A DNA stretch of 64,000 nucleotides from Arenicellales bacterium (GTDB lineage Bacteria > Pseudomonadota > Gammaproteobacteria > Arenicellales > Poriferihabitantaceae): positions 2,695,847 through 2,759,846 of the forward strand of contig OY730442.1 of NCBI GenBank assembly GCA_963422685.1. Direction: 5' to 3'. The notes beneath the pieces are model-generated. The model made no database searches. It was given only the letters and a program-made list of their open reading frames with translations, and was not told where the DNA came from. Both the position numbers and the translations under genes were made by a program. This document shows, in pieces, positions 30,100 through 39,121 of this stretch (positions within the stretch are counted from its first letter, which is position 1; each line of letters begins with the position of its first letter).

Positions 30100-32364
30100 A
30101 TGAGTGCGACCAATAGCCATCAATCAGCCACGGCGATCAGTATGACGGGTTCCAAAGAATCCGGCTCTGGCGCCAATACGTATCTAATGGTGCCGATGTT
30201 TATCTTTTTCGCATTACTGATTTTTGCTGTGATTCGAGGCCCTAACCTGATCTCTGGTTCGGGTATTGGCAGCGCAGTGATCGTGGTGGCGCCATTAATA
30301 CTGGCGACCTACGCTTTGACCATCATTGTTATGGCGGGCCGAGCGGGAGTGGATCTTTCAATCGGTCCGCTCATTGGCTTTATCAATGTGGGCATGATTC
30401 AGTTGTTTGCGGTCGGATTCATGGAATCGCCCATCGCCTTTTTCCTGTATGCCATGGGTGTGGGTATCGCCTATCAGGTATTACAGGGGTTGATTATTAT
30501 TTTTGTACGGGTACAGCCGATAATCGTTTCGTTGAGCGGCTATCTTACCCTAGTGGGTCTGAACCTCATTATCATGCCCCGGCCCGGCGGTGTGGCGCCG
30601 GACTGGATGTTCCCCTGGGGCAGTGGCACCACGATTTTTTCAGCGATGCTGGTAATACTGGTACTGGCCACCATCGCCTGGTACATCATCGCCCGATCGG
30701 CATTTTTCGGCCACTTGCGCTTGATGGGTTCGGATGAACGCGCAGCCTATACCAGCGGTGTGCGCATTAATCTGGTGCGTCTGGGGGCGCATGCAATCGG
30801 CGGTGTCTATGCCGGACTTGCGGCGATTGCGTTTACTTCCCTGATCAGTTCCGGTGACCCGACCCAGGGCACGACCTATACCCTGATGGCCGTAACCGCG
30901 CTGGTGCTGGGTGGTGCCAACCTCGCTGGCGGGCGCGGCAGCGCGTTTGGCTCCTTGCTGGGCGCGTTGAATATCTATTTGATCACTTATGTCCTGTCAA
31001 CCTTCAACTTCGGCATGGTGCAGAGCTTTGTCACCGATATGGCCTATGGAGTAATGCTGGTTGTCTCATTATTGATCAGCGTGGTCGTGCCGCACATGCA
31101 AAAGCATATACGCAACCTGTCACCCTTTATGTTCTTTGTGATACTGCTAACCATTACGCTTGGTGTGATTATTCATACCGCTATGGACCAGGTCATGCAA
31201 CCACTGGCCGGGGCATCGTCTTCATCCTTTGTCATACTGGCCGATGGTGGTGTCGCACAGGCAAGCGGCGCAGCGGCCGGGGCGTCCTATTCTCCGGGAA
31301 CCTATATTCTTTTTATCATCATCGGCATCGTTGCTGTGGCCTACGCATTGCGCGTGTTATTCAAATATCCTAAAACACCGATGATCGCTTTTATGGCCGT
31401 CATGGCCATCGCCGCGCTCGGTTTGATTTTCAATCCCGACTCCCCGGTCGAACCCAATGCAGCGACGATGGAGCAGACGGCGCCCAGTGAACTGGATGCG
31501 TATACGCCGACGTTCTTCGCTATGGAAACCGTGGATGCAGTTACCAATACGCGGGATGCCGCCAATCTGGTTGTTCATACCACCTACGCCATGCTCACCA
31601 TGATCGGCGTAGTATTACTGGCTTCATTGATCATTCTCGTTATGCTGCCCCAGGTCAGGGTTCGCATCAAGCGCATGGCCCTGGTTCTGTTTGCCGCAGC
31701 AGTCGCGGTGATTGCGGTGGGGGCGTTATTCTTTGAGGACTTCGAAAAGGGTTATTTGGCCAGCAATCTTTCCGGGGAAATATATGCGGTGATTTTAGTG
31801 GGCGTCGGTTTGTTCACGCTGACGGCGCCTTTGGTGCACAACAGGCTCAGTAATATTTCCAGTATATTTATCGTGCTGATCGGTGTGCTGGCGATAATTT
31901 CCGTATACTTTTTTACTGAACCTGCCGGCAATATGGATGACATCAGCGCCTCCGGCTCAGCAAGCGCTTCGCCTGTATTCGCATCGGCCGCAGAGTCGGC
32001 GCACCCTCCTGTGGCCGAATATGCCGGCCCGGTGCGAGTAAATGTGGATGCTCCCGGGATGGCGGTGCACACACAATTAGCATATTGCGCATTCATTATC
32101 GTGCTGCTGCATATATTTCTGAGCATCGCCATGGGTGAAAACAGCTTTCGCAGCTTCTGGCGCATCTGGTATATCCCCGTTCTGGCCGCATTGGTGTGGG
32201 GTGGTTTGTTTTATGCTATTGGGGTTGCGCTGTGGCAGATTGTCGCGGTGGCCGCTGTGGCCATACTTTCCGCCCCCAACGTTATGCATATTATCAGCAC
32301 CTACAGAAGCAAACAGGGCCGCGATATTTCGCTCAGCCGGATGGGCCATCATGACAGAGCCTAG
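30100..32364 (+). CDS. CUT2-type ABC permease (BPD_transp_2) fused to an approximately 415-aa extra polytopic C-terminal region
   Basis: Residues 30-335 resemble RbsC/AraH-type permeases (...MAGRAGVDLSIGPLIGF..., ...LGGANLAGGRGSAFGSLLGAL...). Residues 340-754 (nt 31117..32364) add many hydrophobic segments and Ala/Ser/Gly-rich loops with no family I recognise. Confidence 0.8.
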   Translation: MSATNSHQSATAISMTGSKESGSGANTYLMVPMFIFFALLIFAVIRGPNLISGSGIGSAVIVVAPLILATYALTIIVMAGRAGVDLSIGPLIGFINVGMIQLFAVGFMESPIAFFLYAMGVGIAYQVLQGLIIIFVRVQPIIVSLSGYLTLVGLNLIIMPRPGGVAPDWMFPWGSGTTIFSAMLVILVLATIAWYIIARSAFFGHLRLMGSDERAAYTSGVRINLVRLGAHAIGGVYAGLAAIAFTSLISSGDPTQGTTYTLMAVTALVLGGANLAGGRGSAFGSLLGALNIYLITYVLSTFNFGMVQSFVTDMAYGVMLVVSLLISVVVPHMQKHIRNLSPFMFFVILLTITLGVIIHTAMDQVMQPLAGASSSSFVILADGGVAQASGAAAGASYSPGTYILFIIIGIVAVAYALRVLFKYPKTPMIAFMAVMAIAALGLIFNPDSPVEPNAATMEQTAPSELDAYTPTFFAMETVDAVTNTRDAANLVVHTTYAMLTMIGVVLLASLIILVMLPQVRVRIKRMALVLFAAAVAVIAVGALFFEDFEKGYLASNLSGEIYAVILVGVGLFTLTAPLVHNRLSNISSIFIVLIGVLAIISVYFFTEPAGNMDDISASGSASASPVFASAAESAHPPVAEYAGPVRVNVDAPGMAVHTQLAYCAFIIVLLHIFLSIAMGENSFRSFWRIWYIPVLAALVWGGLFYAIGVALWQIVAVAAVAILSAPNVMHIISTYRSKQGRDISLSRMGHHDRA

Positions 32365-32376
32365 GCAAAAAATTAA

Positions 32377-33786
32377 ATGAAAAGAGCGACCTATTCATTT
32401 TACAAGTGGCTTGGTTGCATAATCGCCGCAATGGTTGCCGGGGTCAGCGCGATTCTAGGCTGGATAGATGGGGCACCCATGCAGCACATCGTGTTTTACG
32501 CTATGGCCATCTTCGCATTAATTCTTTGGGGATGGCATCACTGCTCGGTACGCTGGATATATCGATCAGACGAAATTGCGGTCAGCACCACGCAACACCA
32601 GCCGGATGCGGCCACCGGCCAGGCCGATGAAGAATATCAGCCAAGCTTTGTGCGTACACTGATTGCCGGAAACAAGAGCGGCGCATGGGGTTTGTTGGCG
32701 CTGGTTATCGCATTCATTGCCAGCGCATTCGTCGTGGATGATTTTTTTCAATGGCGCAATATCATCTCGGTACTGGTATTTATTGCCTTTATTATTATGG
32801 CCTTTATTCTCAATAAACGAATCAAGACCAACAAAAGCGCATTCATCGGCATCGTTGTATTGATCGGGCTGTTCGTGATTGGATCGCTGGTAGTTGAAGG
32901 TTTTCTGTCCATCCTGAACATCAAATCCATGCTGGTGTTTGCCTCGTTTCTGGGTTTGGCCTGTATCGGACAAACCCTGGTTGCGTTGCTGGGCGGGCTG
33001 GATTTGTCCATACCTTTTGTCATCGGTTCATCCAATATTGGCCTGATGTATTTGCTCACCCTGGGCACGCCGCCATGGATCGCATTTATCGCAATCCTGC
33101 TGGTCGGCGCGGGGATTGGTTTTATAAACGGCATGTTGAGTTTTCGTTTGCAGGGCCAGGCGCTGATCCTGACCTTGGGAGTCGGTTTTGCGGTTTCCGG
33201 CGGCACCCAGATTCTCACCAGCATCGGCACTGCATTCGGCGGTAATGTATTCGGAGTGGTGCCCAAATGGTTGTCTAATATCGCTGCCATGAATGGCGTG
33301 TTTTTCGGATTAGAGTTTCCGCCAGTGGTTATTATCTGGGTTCTCGCCGCAATTATCCTGATTATCGGATTGCGCAATACCATCTGGGGAAGGCATCTGT
33401 ACGCCCTTGGCGGCAGTCGTATTTCAGCAAAGCGTCTGTCCATATCGGAACGCGGTTACTGGGTCGGTATGTACAGCATCAGCGGCTGTGTATCGGCGTT
33501 CACTGGTGCCCTGCTGCTGGGATGGAGCGGCGGCGGATTTATCGGCGTAGGCGATCAATATCTATTCATGACCCTGGCGGCCGTAGTGGTGGGCGGCACT
33601 TCCCTGCTGGGCGGCTGGGGCGGTTATGGCTTCACCGTGATTGGTGTACTGGTTTTGCAAGTGCTGACATCATTTCTGGTCGGTATAGGGCTGGATTATG
33701 AAAGTCAGCAATTCGTATTCGGGTTGCTCATTCTACCCATGGTGGCATTGTATGCGCGCTCGCCGCATATACGCACACAGATCTAG
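32377..33786 (+). CDS. CUT2-type ABC permease with an approximately 150-aa extra N-terminal membrane region
   Basis: The C-terminal 320 aa are BPD_transp_2-like (...LLGGLDLSIPFVIG..., ...VVGGTSLLGGWGGYGFTVIG...). The N-terminal 150 aa (nt 32377..32826) hold about 4 hydrophobic segments and an acidic loop not seen in the control permease 44378..45421. Confidence 0.8.
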   Translation: MKRATYSFYKWLGCIIAAMVAGVSAILGWIDGAPMQHIVFYAMAIFALILWGWHHCSVRWIYRSDEIAVSTTQHQPDAATGQADEEYQPSFVRTLIAGNKSGAWGLLALVIAFIASAFVVDDFFQWRNIISVLVFIAFIIMAFILNKRIKTNKSAFIGIVVLIGLFVIGSLVVEGFLSILNIKSMLVFASFLGLACIGQTLVALLGGLDLSIPFVIGSSNIGLMYLLTLGTPPWIAFIAILLVGAGIGFINGMLSFRLQGQALILTLGVGFAVSGGTQILTSIGTAFGGNVFGVVPKWLSNIAAMNGVFFGLEFPPVVIIWVLAAIILIIGLRNTIWGRHLYALGGSRISAKRLSISERGYWVGMYSISGCVSAFTGALLLGWSGGGFIGVGDQYLFMTLAAVVVGGTSLLGGWGGYGFTVIGVLVLQVLTSFLVGIGLDYESQQFVFGLLILPMVALYARSPHIRTQI

Positions 33787-33876
33787 CCCCAGTACAAATC
33801 AGAATTTTTTCATGGATGTGGGGAAGTGCGCAGAGCCGCAACAATACAATAATAGTGAAGCTCTTAAATATGTGGA

Positions 33877-34284
33877 TCAACGGTATTCTGCCAGTAAATC
33901 GGCGATGCGCTTTAAAAATATTGCATGTTCGCTCGCTTCTTCAGAAGAAAAGGATTCCTTGAGGATTTTCACGGGTTGTCCGCGTACTCCCGGGCAGATG
34001 CCGATACGGTAGTCTTCATGCCGGCGTTTGCATACGGTTATGTACTTGCCTGCCATCGGTTGACGACGGAATTTATCCAGTACCGTGATTAAATCCTTAC
34101 TGTGTTCAATCGGCGGTCTGCCGTTTCCCGGAGGCCCGGCCACAGGATTCGCTTTATGTTCAGCGATCAGCCGGTTACGGGTTGCCGCGTCAGTCAGCAG
34201 GGGCAATACATGGGTCCGGGTGATGTAGTCGTCGGTGCTGGTGCGCCCCTGGTCAGTTTGCACGCCGGTTGGTTTATTTAGCAT
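33877..34284 (-). CDS. N,N-dimethylformamidase small (alpha) subunit-like protein
   Basis: 135 aa. ...AEHKANPVAG...LDKFRRQPMAGKYITVCKRRHEDYRIGICPG...FSSEEASEHAIFLKRIADL follows the pattern I recall for the DMFase small subunit (...F.MQP.FG.YYI...W..YRI...F.TEEEAMHAVFLRRI.D). It lies downstream of the large-subunit homologue. Confidence 0.55.
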   Translation of the reverse strand: MLNKPTGVQTDQGRTSTDDYITRTHVLPLLTDAATRNRLIAEHKANPVAGPPGNGRPPIEHSKDLITVLDKFRRQPMAGKYITVCKRRHEDYRIGICPGVRGQPVKILKESFSSEEASEHAIFLKRIADLLAEYR

Positions 34285-34323
34285 TGTTTCGCCTCATTTG
34301 TTCAAATATCTGCGCGGATCGGT

Positions 34324-34692
34324 TCAAGTACATCGACACGGCGCTGATTCGCCGCGCACTTGTTTGATGCGGCGCGCTTCACGCTGCGCCAGTTCCGGTG
34401 TGGGAAAGCGCTTGTCTGCAAATAATATGATTGGCTTTATCCGGTCCGCATTGAGTTGGCCCACACACCATTCTTTATCCGGTTTGGTGCATACCACCAT
34501 GTAGGCGCCTGGAATGGGGCCATAGCGCCGATTGTTCAGTACAAACAGGCATTCAGCCAAATTGTTAAGTTTATCCACGTCCAGTTGACTCAATGCGGCC
34601 ATTTCCAGCTCATTGGGCGACACCAATGCCGCTCCCATCACTTCTTTACCCTGGGGTCGTTGCATCATCGGCGGTGATTGATTGTCTGGCAT
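34324..34692 (-). CDS. Divergent paralogue of the DMFase small-subunit-like protein
   Basis: 122 aa. GAYMVVCTKPDKEWCVGQLNADRIKPIILFADKRFPTPELAQREARRIKQV aligns with GKYITVCKRRHEDYRIGICPGVRGQPVKILKESFSSEEASEHAIFLKRI of the neighbour. Confidence 0.5.
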   Translation of the reverse strand: MPDNQSPPMMQRPQGKEVMGAALVSPNELEMAALSQLDVDKLNNLAECLFVLNNRRYGPIPGAYMVVCTKPDKEWCVGQLNADRIKPIILFADKRFPTPELAQREARRIKQVRGESAPCRCT

Positions 34693-34731
34693 ATTTACTA
34701 TCGCCTGATCATTATAATTGCGGCTGGGTGA

Positions 34732-37089
34732 CTAGGGCAGGGGGCCGTCTTTGAGAAACCCTTTGATGGTATTTTCGAGAATACGGGAGACGTTATTGTT
34801 GTAGTTGTTATGGGAAAGACTGCCGCACCAGGAAAGTGAACCGGGTGCGAACAGCGCACCGTCGTTCGGAGTTTTATAATAAATCATGTCAGCGCGAACC
34901 TGTGGGTTTTCAGTGCCGCCGCCATAATAACCGCGGACGGAGAAATGTATCTCCTCGTTCACTTGCAGCATGAGATTGGTGTGGCCTTCGGAACGCGCCA
35001 GCAAATAGGCATTGTGCGGCGTACCGAATTCCAGATCATAACGATCAAGTTCAAGGCCTGCGGCGCCGCCGCCGACCAGACCAAAGTCTCCGATTATTTC
35101 ATCTTCGCCGACACCTTCGAAAATCCAGGCGCATTCTGGTCTCTTGCTGTCCGCTTCACGGCGGTAATACGAGGACACATCAAAGCCGTAAGCGGTAAAC
35201 GTCAATCCGCATACCTTGCTTGGTATGCGCCCGCGTGCCCGCCACATTCCACCGAACTTTCCATCAAAGGCATTATTATATTCGCCTGGATTTGCCGTCC
35301 ATGCCCGAGTGCCTGCCTCACCTTTGCGCACTTCGATAATATTGTCATTGTCCGGGTGGTATTCGCTGACCCAGTAAAATCCGTCCGCACCCAGATATAT
35401 CCAGCGTCCGCCTCCGAGTTGATAGGACTCGTAGGCGGCATACATTTTTTCCGACGTGTATTCAGGATGGCTGCCGGTCAACACCGTTCTATACCGATTA
35501 AGCATTCCCACCCCTTCGCGATGCAGATCTTCATCGGTATGCACATCAAAATCGAAGCCTGTTTGTTCCAGCCAGTCGGTGAGATGCAAATCGCCGTTAA
35601 GCTGCCATAACGATGGCGACAGCCAGTGACGATACTTGGGTCGCATATTCAATATCGGGCGCAGGCGCGATGAGTAGCATACGCCACTGCCGTCTGAGTG
35701 CAGCGAGTAGGTAGACAAGCCGTATTCCCTATGTTCATTCAAATACAGGTCTGAAGGGGACAACACCGGGACTTTGCCCGCCAGCAATTGCGCGACCACC
35801 GAATTGGTGCCCAGGTTGTCGTTGGAATACGCCATGTAACTGTTGGTCGGTAAAATCAACGCCAGTCTGGATGTGGTCGTGCCTTGGGGCGGGCGAACAA
35901 CAAACGGAATAAAATCTTCGGTATCAGCAGAATCATCGCCGCCGATACGTAACCGGGCGGCATAAACCCCGCTTTTCAAACCTTCCGGCACGGTAAATTC
36001 AAAATCCATGTCCCAGCGAGCATCGTCGATATCGTCGTCATGGAAATGAATCGCGCCGTATTCATCGGGCCGGTGATGGTAGACAATCTCATCCCCGGTC
36101 CAGTTGAAACCGGTCATCGCTCTGGCCGGCAGGTTGATCGCATGACCATTGAGTATGTTCGGCGAGGTGTCGATAATATAAGTGGATGCGATGTTTGTAG
36201 TGATATTGGCGTGGAAATCCCACGCGCCGACAACATCATTCCGCAGCTCCGCCGCACAGCCCTCAAAGCCCCGTGCCAGCGCCTCAATCTCGGATTTGGA
36301 CAGCGCTCGACGGCAGAGTCTGGGGCGGTCGATTTTGCCGTTATAGACATGGGTTTGCTCCGGCAGCTCGACGGGCTGAGTCGCTTCCCTGTAATGTGCG
36401 CCGAAAATTGCTCTACCCGATCTTTCCTGCAAAGTTGAGGCGGCCATCAGCAAAGGCGCATCATTTATGCCGGGGAGCATACTGTTAGTTGCTTCCACCA
36501 CAGCAGTGGTTTCATCTCCGGGATGCAACAGCGACATACCCAGGCCGCCATTGGTAGCGGTGACCACGGGTTCCTGATACAACGTGACTCGACCACTTTG
36601 TTCATCAAAAGTCGCCGCTGCCAAATACCAGACTTTGCGCATCAGTTTCTTGTCGCTGGACAGGTTCATTACCAGTCCCCTACCGTCGCCAATCTCCAGG
36701 CTCAGGCAACCGCTATGGTCTATAAATAATCCATACCCGCATTTATTCTGCTCTGTCCATTTGGTGAGAATACCCTGCCTGCCCTTATCCGGTGTGGTTG
36801 GAAAAATGTAGGCTTGCAGGGTAAAACTCTGGACATTCAGGCGCTCGTCCTGAGGAATGATGATATAGGAACCGCCGTGAATTCTCTGGTTTCTGCCCGC
36901 ATAGGTTGTGTTGCAGGACGCGGTGATTTCCTCTTCCTTGTAGCCCGGTCCTTGCGGGTTGGTGTCGCCGTGGATTAAACGAACAATATGCGCATCATAG
37001 GATTCCTGCTCCTCGGAATTCACATAGAACTTGATGTTATCTCCAGGACAAACAGAATACTTGTCACTGTATCCGGTAATTCGTAACAT
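34732..37089 (-). CDS. N,N-dimethylformamidase large (beta) subunit family amidohydrolase
   Basis: Blocks match my recollection of DMFase: MLRITGY...VRLIHGDTNPQGPGYKEEE, DARWDMDFEFTVPEGLKSGVYAA, GLSTYSLHSDGSGVCYSSRLRPILNMRPKYR, VLTGSHPEY, GLVGGGAAGLELDRYDLEFGTP and NNVSRILENTIKGFLKD. The start was set at the ATG at 37089, because the ORF-track start overlaps the upstream SSS gene. Confidence 0.8.
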   Translation of the reverse strand: MLRITGYSDKYSVCPGDNIKFYVNSEEQESYDAHIVRLIHGDTNPQGPGYKEEEITASCNTTYAGRNQRIHGGSYIIIPQDERLNVQSFTLQAYIFPTTPDKGRQGILTKWTEQNKCGYGLFIDHSGCLSLEIGDGRGLVMNLSSDKKLMRKVWYLAAATFDEQSGRVTLYQEPVVTATNGGLGMSLLHPGDETTAVVEATNSMLPGINDAPLLMAASTLQERSGRAIFGAHYREATQPVELPEQTHVYNGKIDRPRLCRRALSKSEIEALARGFEGCAAELRNDVVGAWDFHANITTNIASTYIIDTSPNILNGHAINLPARAMTGFNWTGDEIVYHHRPDEYGAIHFHDDDIDDARWDMDFEFTVPEGLKSGVYAARLRIGGDDSADTEDFIPFVVRPPQGTTTSRLALILPTNSYMAYSNDNLGTNSVVAQLLAGKVPVLSPSDLYLNEHREYGLSTYSLHSDGSGVCYSSRLRPILNMRPKYRHWLSPSLWQLNGDLHLTDWLEQTGFDFDVHTDEDLHREGVGMLNRYRTVLTGSHPEYTSEKMYAAYESYQLGGGRWIYLGADGFYWVSEYHPDNDNIIEVRKGEAGTRAWTANPGEYNNAFDGKFGGMWRARGRIPSKVCGLTFTAYGFDVSSYYRREADSKRPECAWIFEGVGEDEIIGDFGLVGGGAAGLELDRYDLEFGTPHNAYLLARSEGHTNLMLQVNEEIHFSVRGYYGGGTENPQVRADMIYYKTPNDGALFAPGSLSWCGSLSHNNYNNNVSRILENTIKGFLKDGPLP

Positions 37090-37117
37090 GGTTTTTTCCC
37101 CGAATAATCGCCTTGAA

Positions 37118-39058
37118 TTAATATTTTGAGCCACTGGCAACTCTTTCGATTTCCCGTTCTGGAACAGTGGACATCTCCATTTTGCAGGCCAGATACCAAA
37201 TCATGCCTACGCCCAGCGCCCACCAGATAATCTGCCATGCCCAGATCGATGGCATACCCAGATTCCAGGCCGGATATCCTGCATCGGGCTCACCGAAAAG
37301 TACATTGCCAAGCACCGCACCGGGACCGATCGCAAAAAACATCCACACCAGTACGATGACTGCGGCGACGGATTTTGACCAGCGTCTGTGTCTCGTCAAT
37401 GAACCGTATTCTTTAAGAAAATCGTGCACCTGGCTGCGTCGCGGCCGGTGCACATCGTTGCGCCCCATAGCCGAAACGATGAGGCAGACCAGGATATTCA
37501 AAAACATACCCCATGCGGCAGAATGTATGGTCCAGGGCCAACGCCCCCAGGGCAGCGAATCCGCTGCGAGCTTCTGCCCCAGAGGTTCGGTCATGACCAC
37601 AGCAATCAGACCGGCAATCAAACCCAGGGTGGCAGCCTGTCGCGTGATCCAGGGAAACCATGTCACAGCAAGCAGCGACGGCCACAGTTGAAACCCAAAG
37701 GCAATGGCAAGACTGCCAAGCAGTATGGTAGCTTCCATTGAATAGGTGGCGATCAGCATGGCGGCCAGAAATACCAGCCCGGTACACAGCCGACCCACCC
37801 GCTTTTGTTTTTCATGATTCGCGTCAGGCTGGATATAGCGTTTATAAATATCCCGGGTCAAAATACTGCCAGTGGCGGCCATAAATGCACCGGCCGTTGC
37901 CTGTAACGCCGCAATGGCACAGACTGCAAACACCCCTATTAGCCAGGGCTGTTTGTCACCGATCAGTTTTATGTAGTGCACTGCCAGGGAGTTTCTTTCA
38001 TGGCCAGCCAGTACGGGTAGTATCTGCGCGGTGGCGATGTCGGCTTCATTGACTTGGGCATTGGCGCCCAGCAAATGTGCGCTAACACCCATCAAGGTGG
38101 AAAATACAAGCATGATGATCCCGGCGCAAAACGCGGCCCCCCAAACTTGATGGATGACGAATCCGCGTGGCGACTGGCTTGCAAAGCCCCACATGGAAAT
38201 AGCGGGCGAAGCCTGAATTCCCATTATCGACATCATAAAAGTCAGGCACATGATGGCTGTCCAGGGGCCGCCAGAAGGCGATTCGACACCGATTCCGGCG
38301 GTCCATTGAATTACCCCCGGGATGGCAAAGTATCCCGGGAAATTTCCACCGCCTGAACCATTCGTATTGCCCCACAAGCCCGGCAAGTTCTGTGCGATGC
38401 GTGCCAGACCTCTGTTCAGAGAGTCGAATCCCCCGGCCGTTTCCAGGGCAAATGTGCCGAGTACAACCACGCCAAAGGCAAACAATACGCACTGTACCAC
38501 AGCGATTTTCGCCACAGCCTGCATACCCCCAGTGGTACAGTACAGCAATACGAAGCCCGATAATACCCACATGGCAGCGTCACGGGATATGGTTTGATCG
38601 GTCAACTCACCGATCAAAAACCCGGATGCACCGAATAGCATGGCGGCAAATGGCACACCGAACAACAGCGCGATACCGACGGATACGATACGCAGCGCAT
38701 TGCCGCCAAAATAGTCTGCAAACATTTCGCCGCACGTCATATATCCAAATCGTCGCCCCAGCATCCACTGGCGTTTGAGGAGTACCACACCCGCTAACGC
38801 CACGGCTATGCCGTAAAAGGATGTATTAACGAATTGAAAGCCATCACGAAATACTAAACCGGGGTGCCCCATAAACGCCCAGCCTGCCAAGGTCACCGCA
38901 GTGATGGCAAGAGAAAATACCCAGGGCGAAAGCTGTCGGCCGGCAAGAAAAAAATCGCTGGCGGTGTGTGCCCGACGCAGCGCACGGATACCCCAGAAGA
39001 AACAATATGCCCAGTAAAGCAGCAAAAACAGCAGCAGCCAGATGGTGCTGTGGGTCAT
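37118..39058 (-). CDS. Sodium:solute symporter (SSS) family transporter
   Basis: 646 aa, about 13-14 hydrophobic segments, with an SSF-type N-terminus (LLLYWAYCFFWGIRALRRAHTASDFFLAGRQLSPW). It ends 28 nt before the amidase start. Confidence 0.8.
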   Translation of the reverse strand: MTHSTIWLLLFLLLYWAYCFFWGIRALRRAHTASDFFLAGRQLSPWVFSLAITAVTLAGWAFMGHPGLVFRDGFQFVNTSFYGIAVALAGVVLLKRQWMLGRRFGYMTCGEMFADYFGGNALRIVSVGIALLFGVPFAAMLFGASGFLIGELTDQTISRDAAMWVLSGFVLLYCTTGGMQAVAKIAVVQCVLFAFGVVVLGTFALETAGGFDSLNRGLARIAQNLPGLWGNTNGSGGGNFPGYFAIPGVIQWTAGIGVESPSGGPWTAIMCLTFMMSIMGIQASPAISMWGFASQSPRGFVIHQVWGAAFCAGIIMLVFSTLMGVSAHLLGANAQVNEADIATAQILPVLAGHERNSLAVHYIKLIGDKQPWLIGVFAVCAIAALQATAGAFMAATGSILTRDIYKRYIQPDANHEKQKRVGRLCTGLVFLAAMLIATYSMEATILLGSLAIAFGFQLWPSLLAVTWFPWITRQAATLGLIAGLIAVVMTEPLGQKLAADSLPWGRWPWTIHSAAWGMFLNILVCLIVSAMGRNDVHRPRRSQVHDFLKEYGSLTRHRRWSKSVAAVIVLVWMFFAIGPGAVLGNVLFGEPDAGYPAWNLGMPSIWAWQIIWWALGVGMIWYLACKMEMSTVPEREIERVASGSKY

Positions 39059-39121
39059 ACTGGACTCCCATTGATCGAGTTGGCCATGTGATCAATACGC
39101 TTTGTGCACCGCGACAGCCCG

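Noticed and set aside
32748-33443. 231-aa minus-strand ORF
   Set aside because: It is antisense to the second permease gene and is a Pro/Arg/Ile-rich shadow frame.
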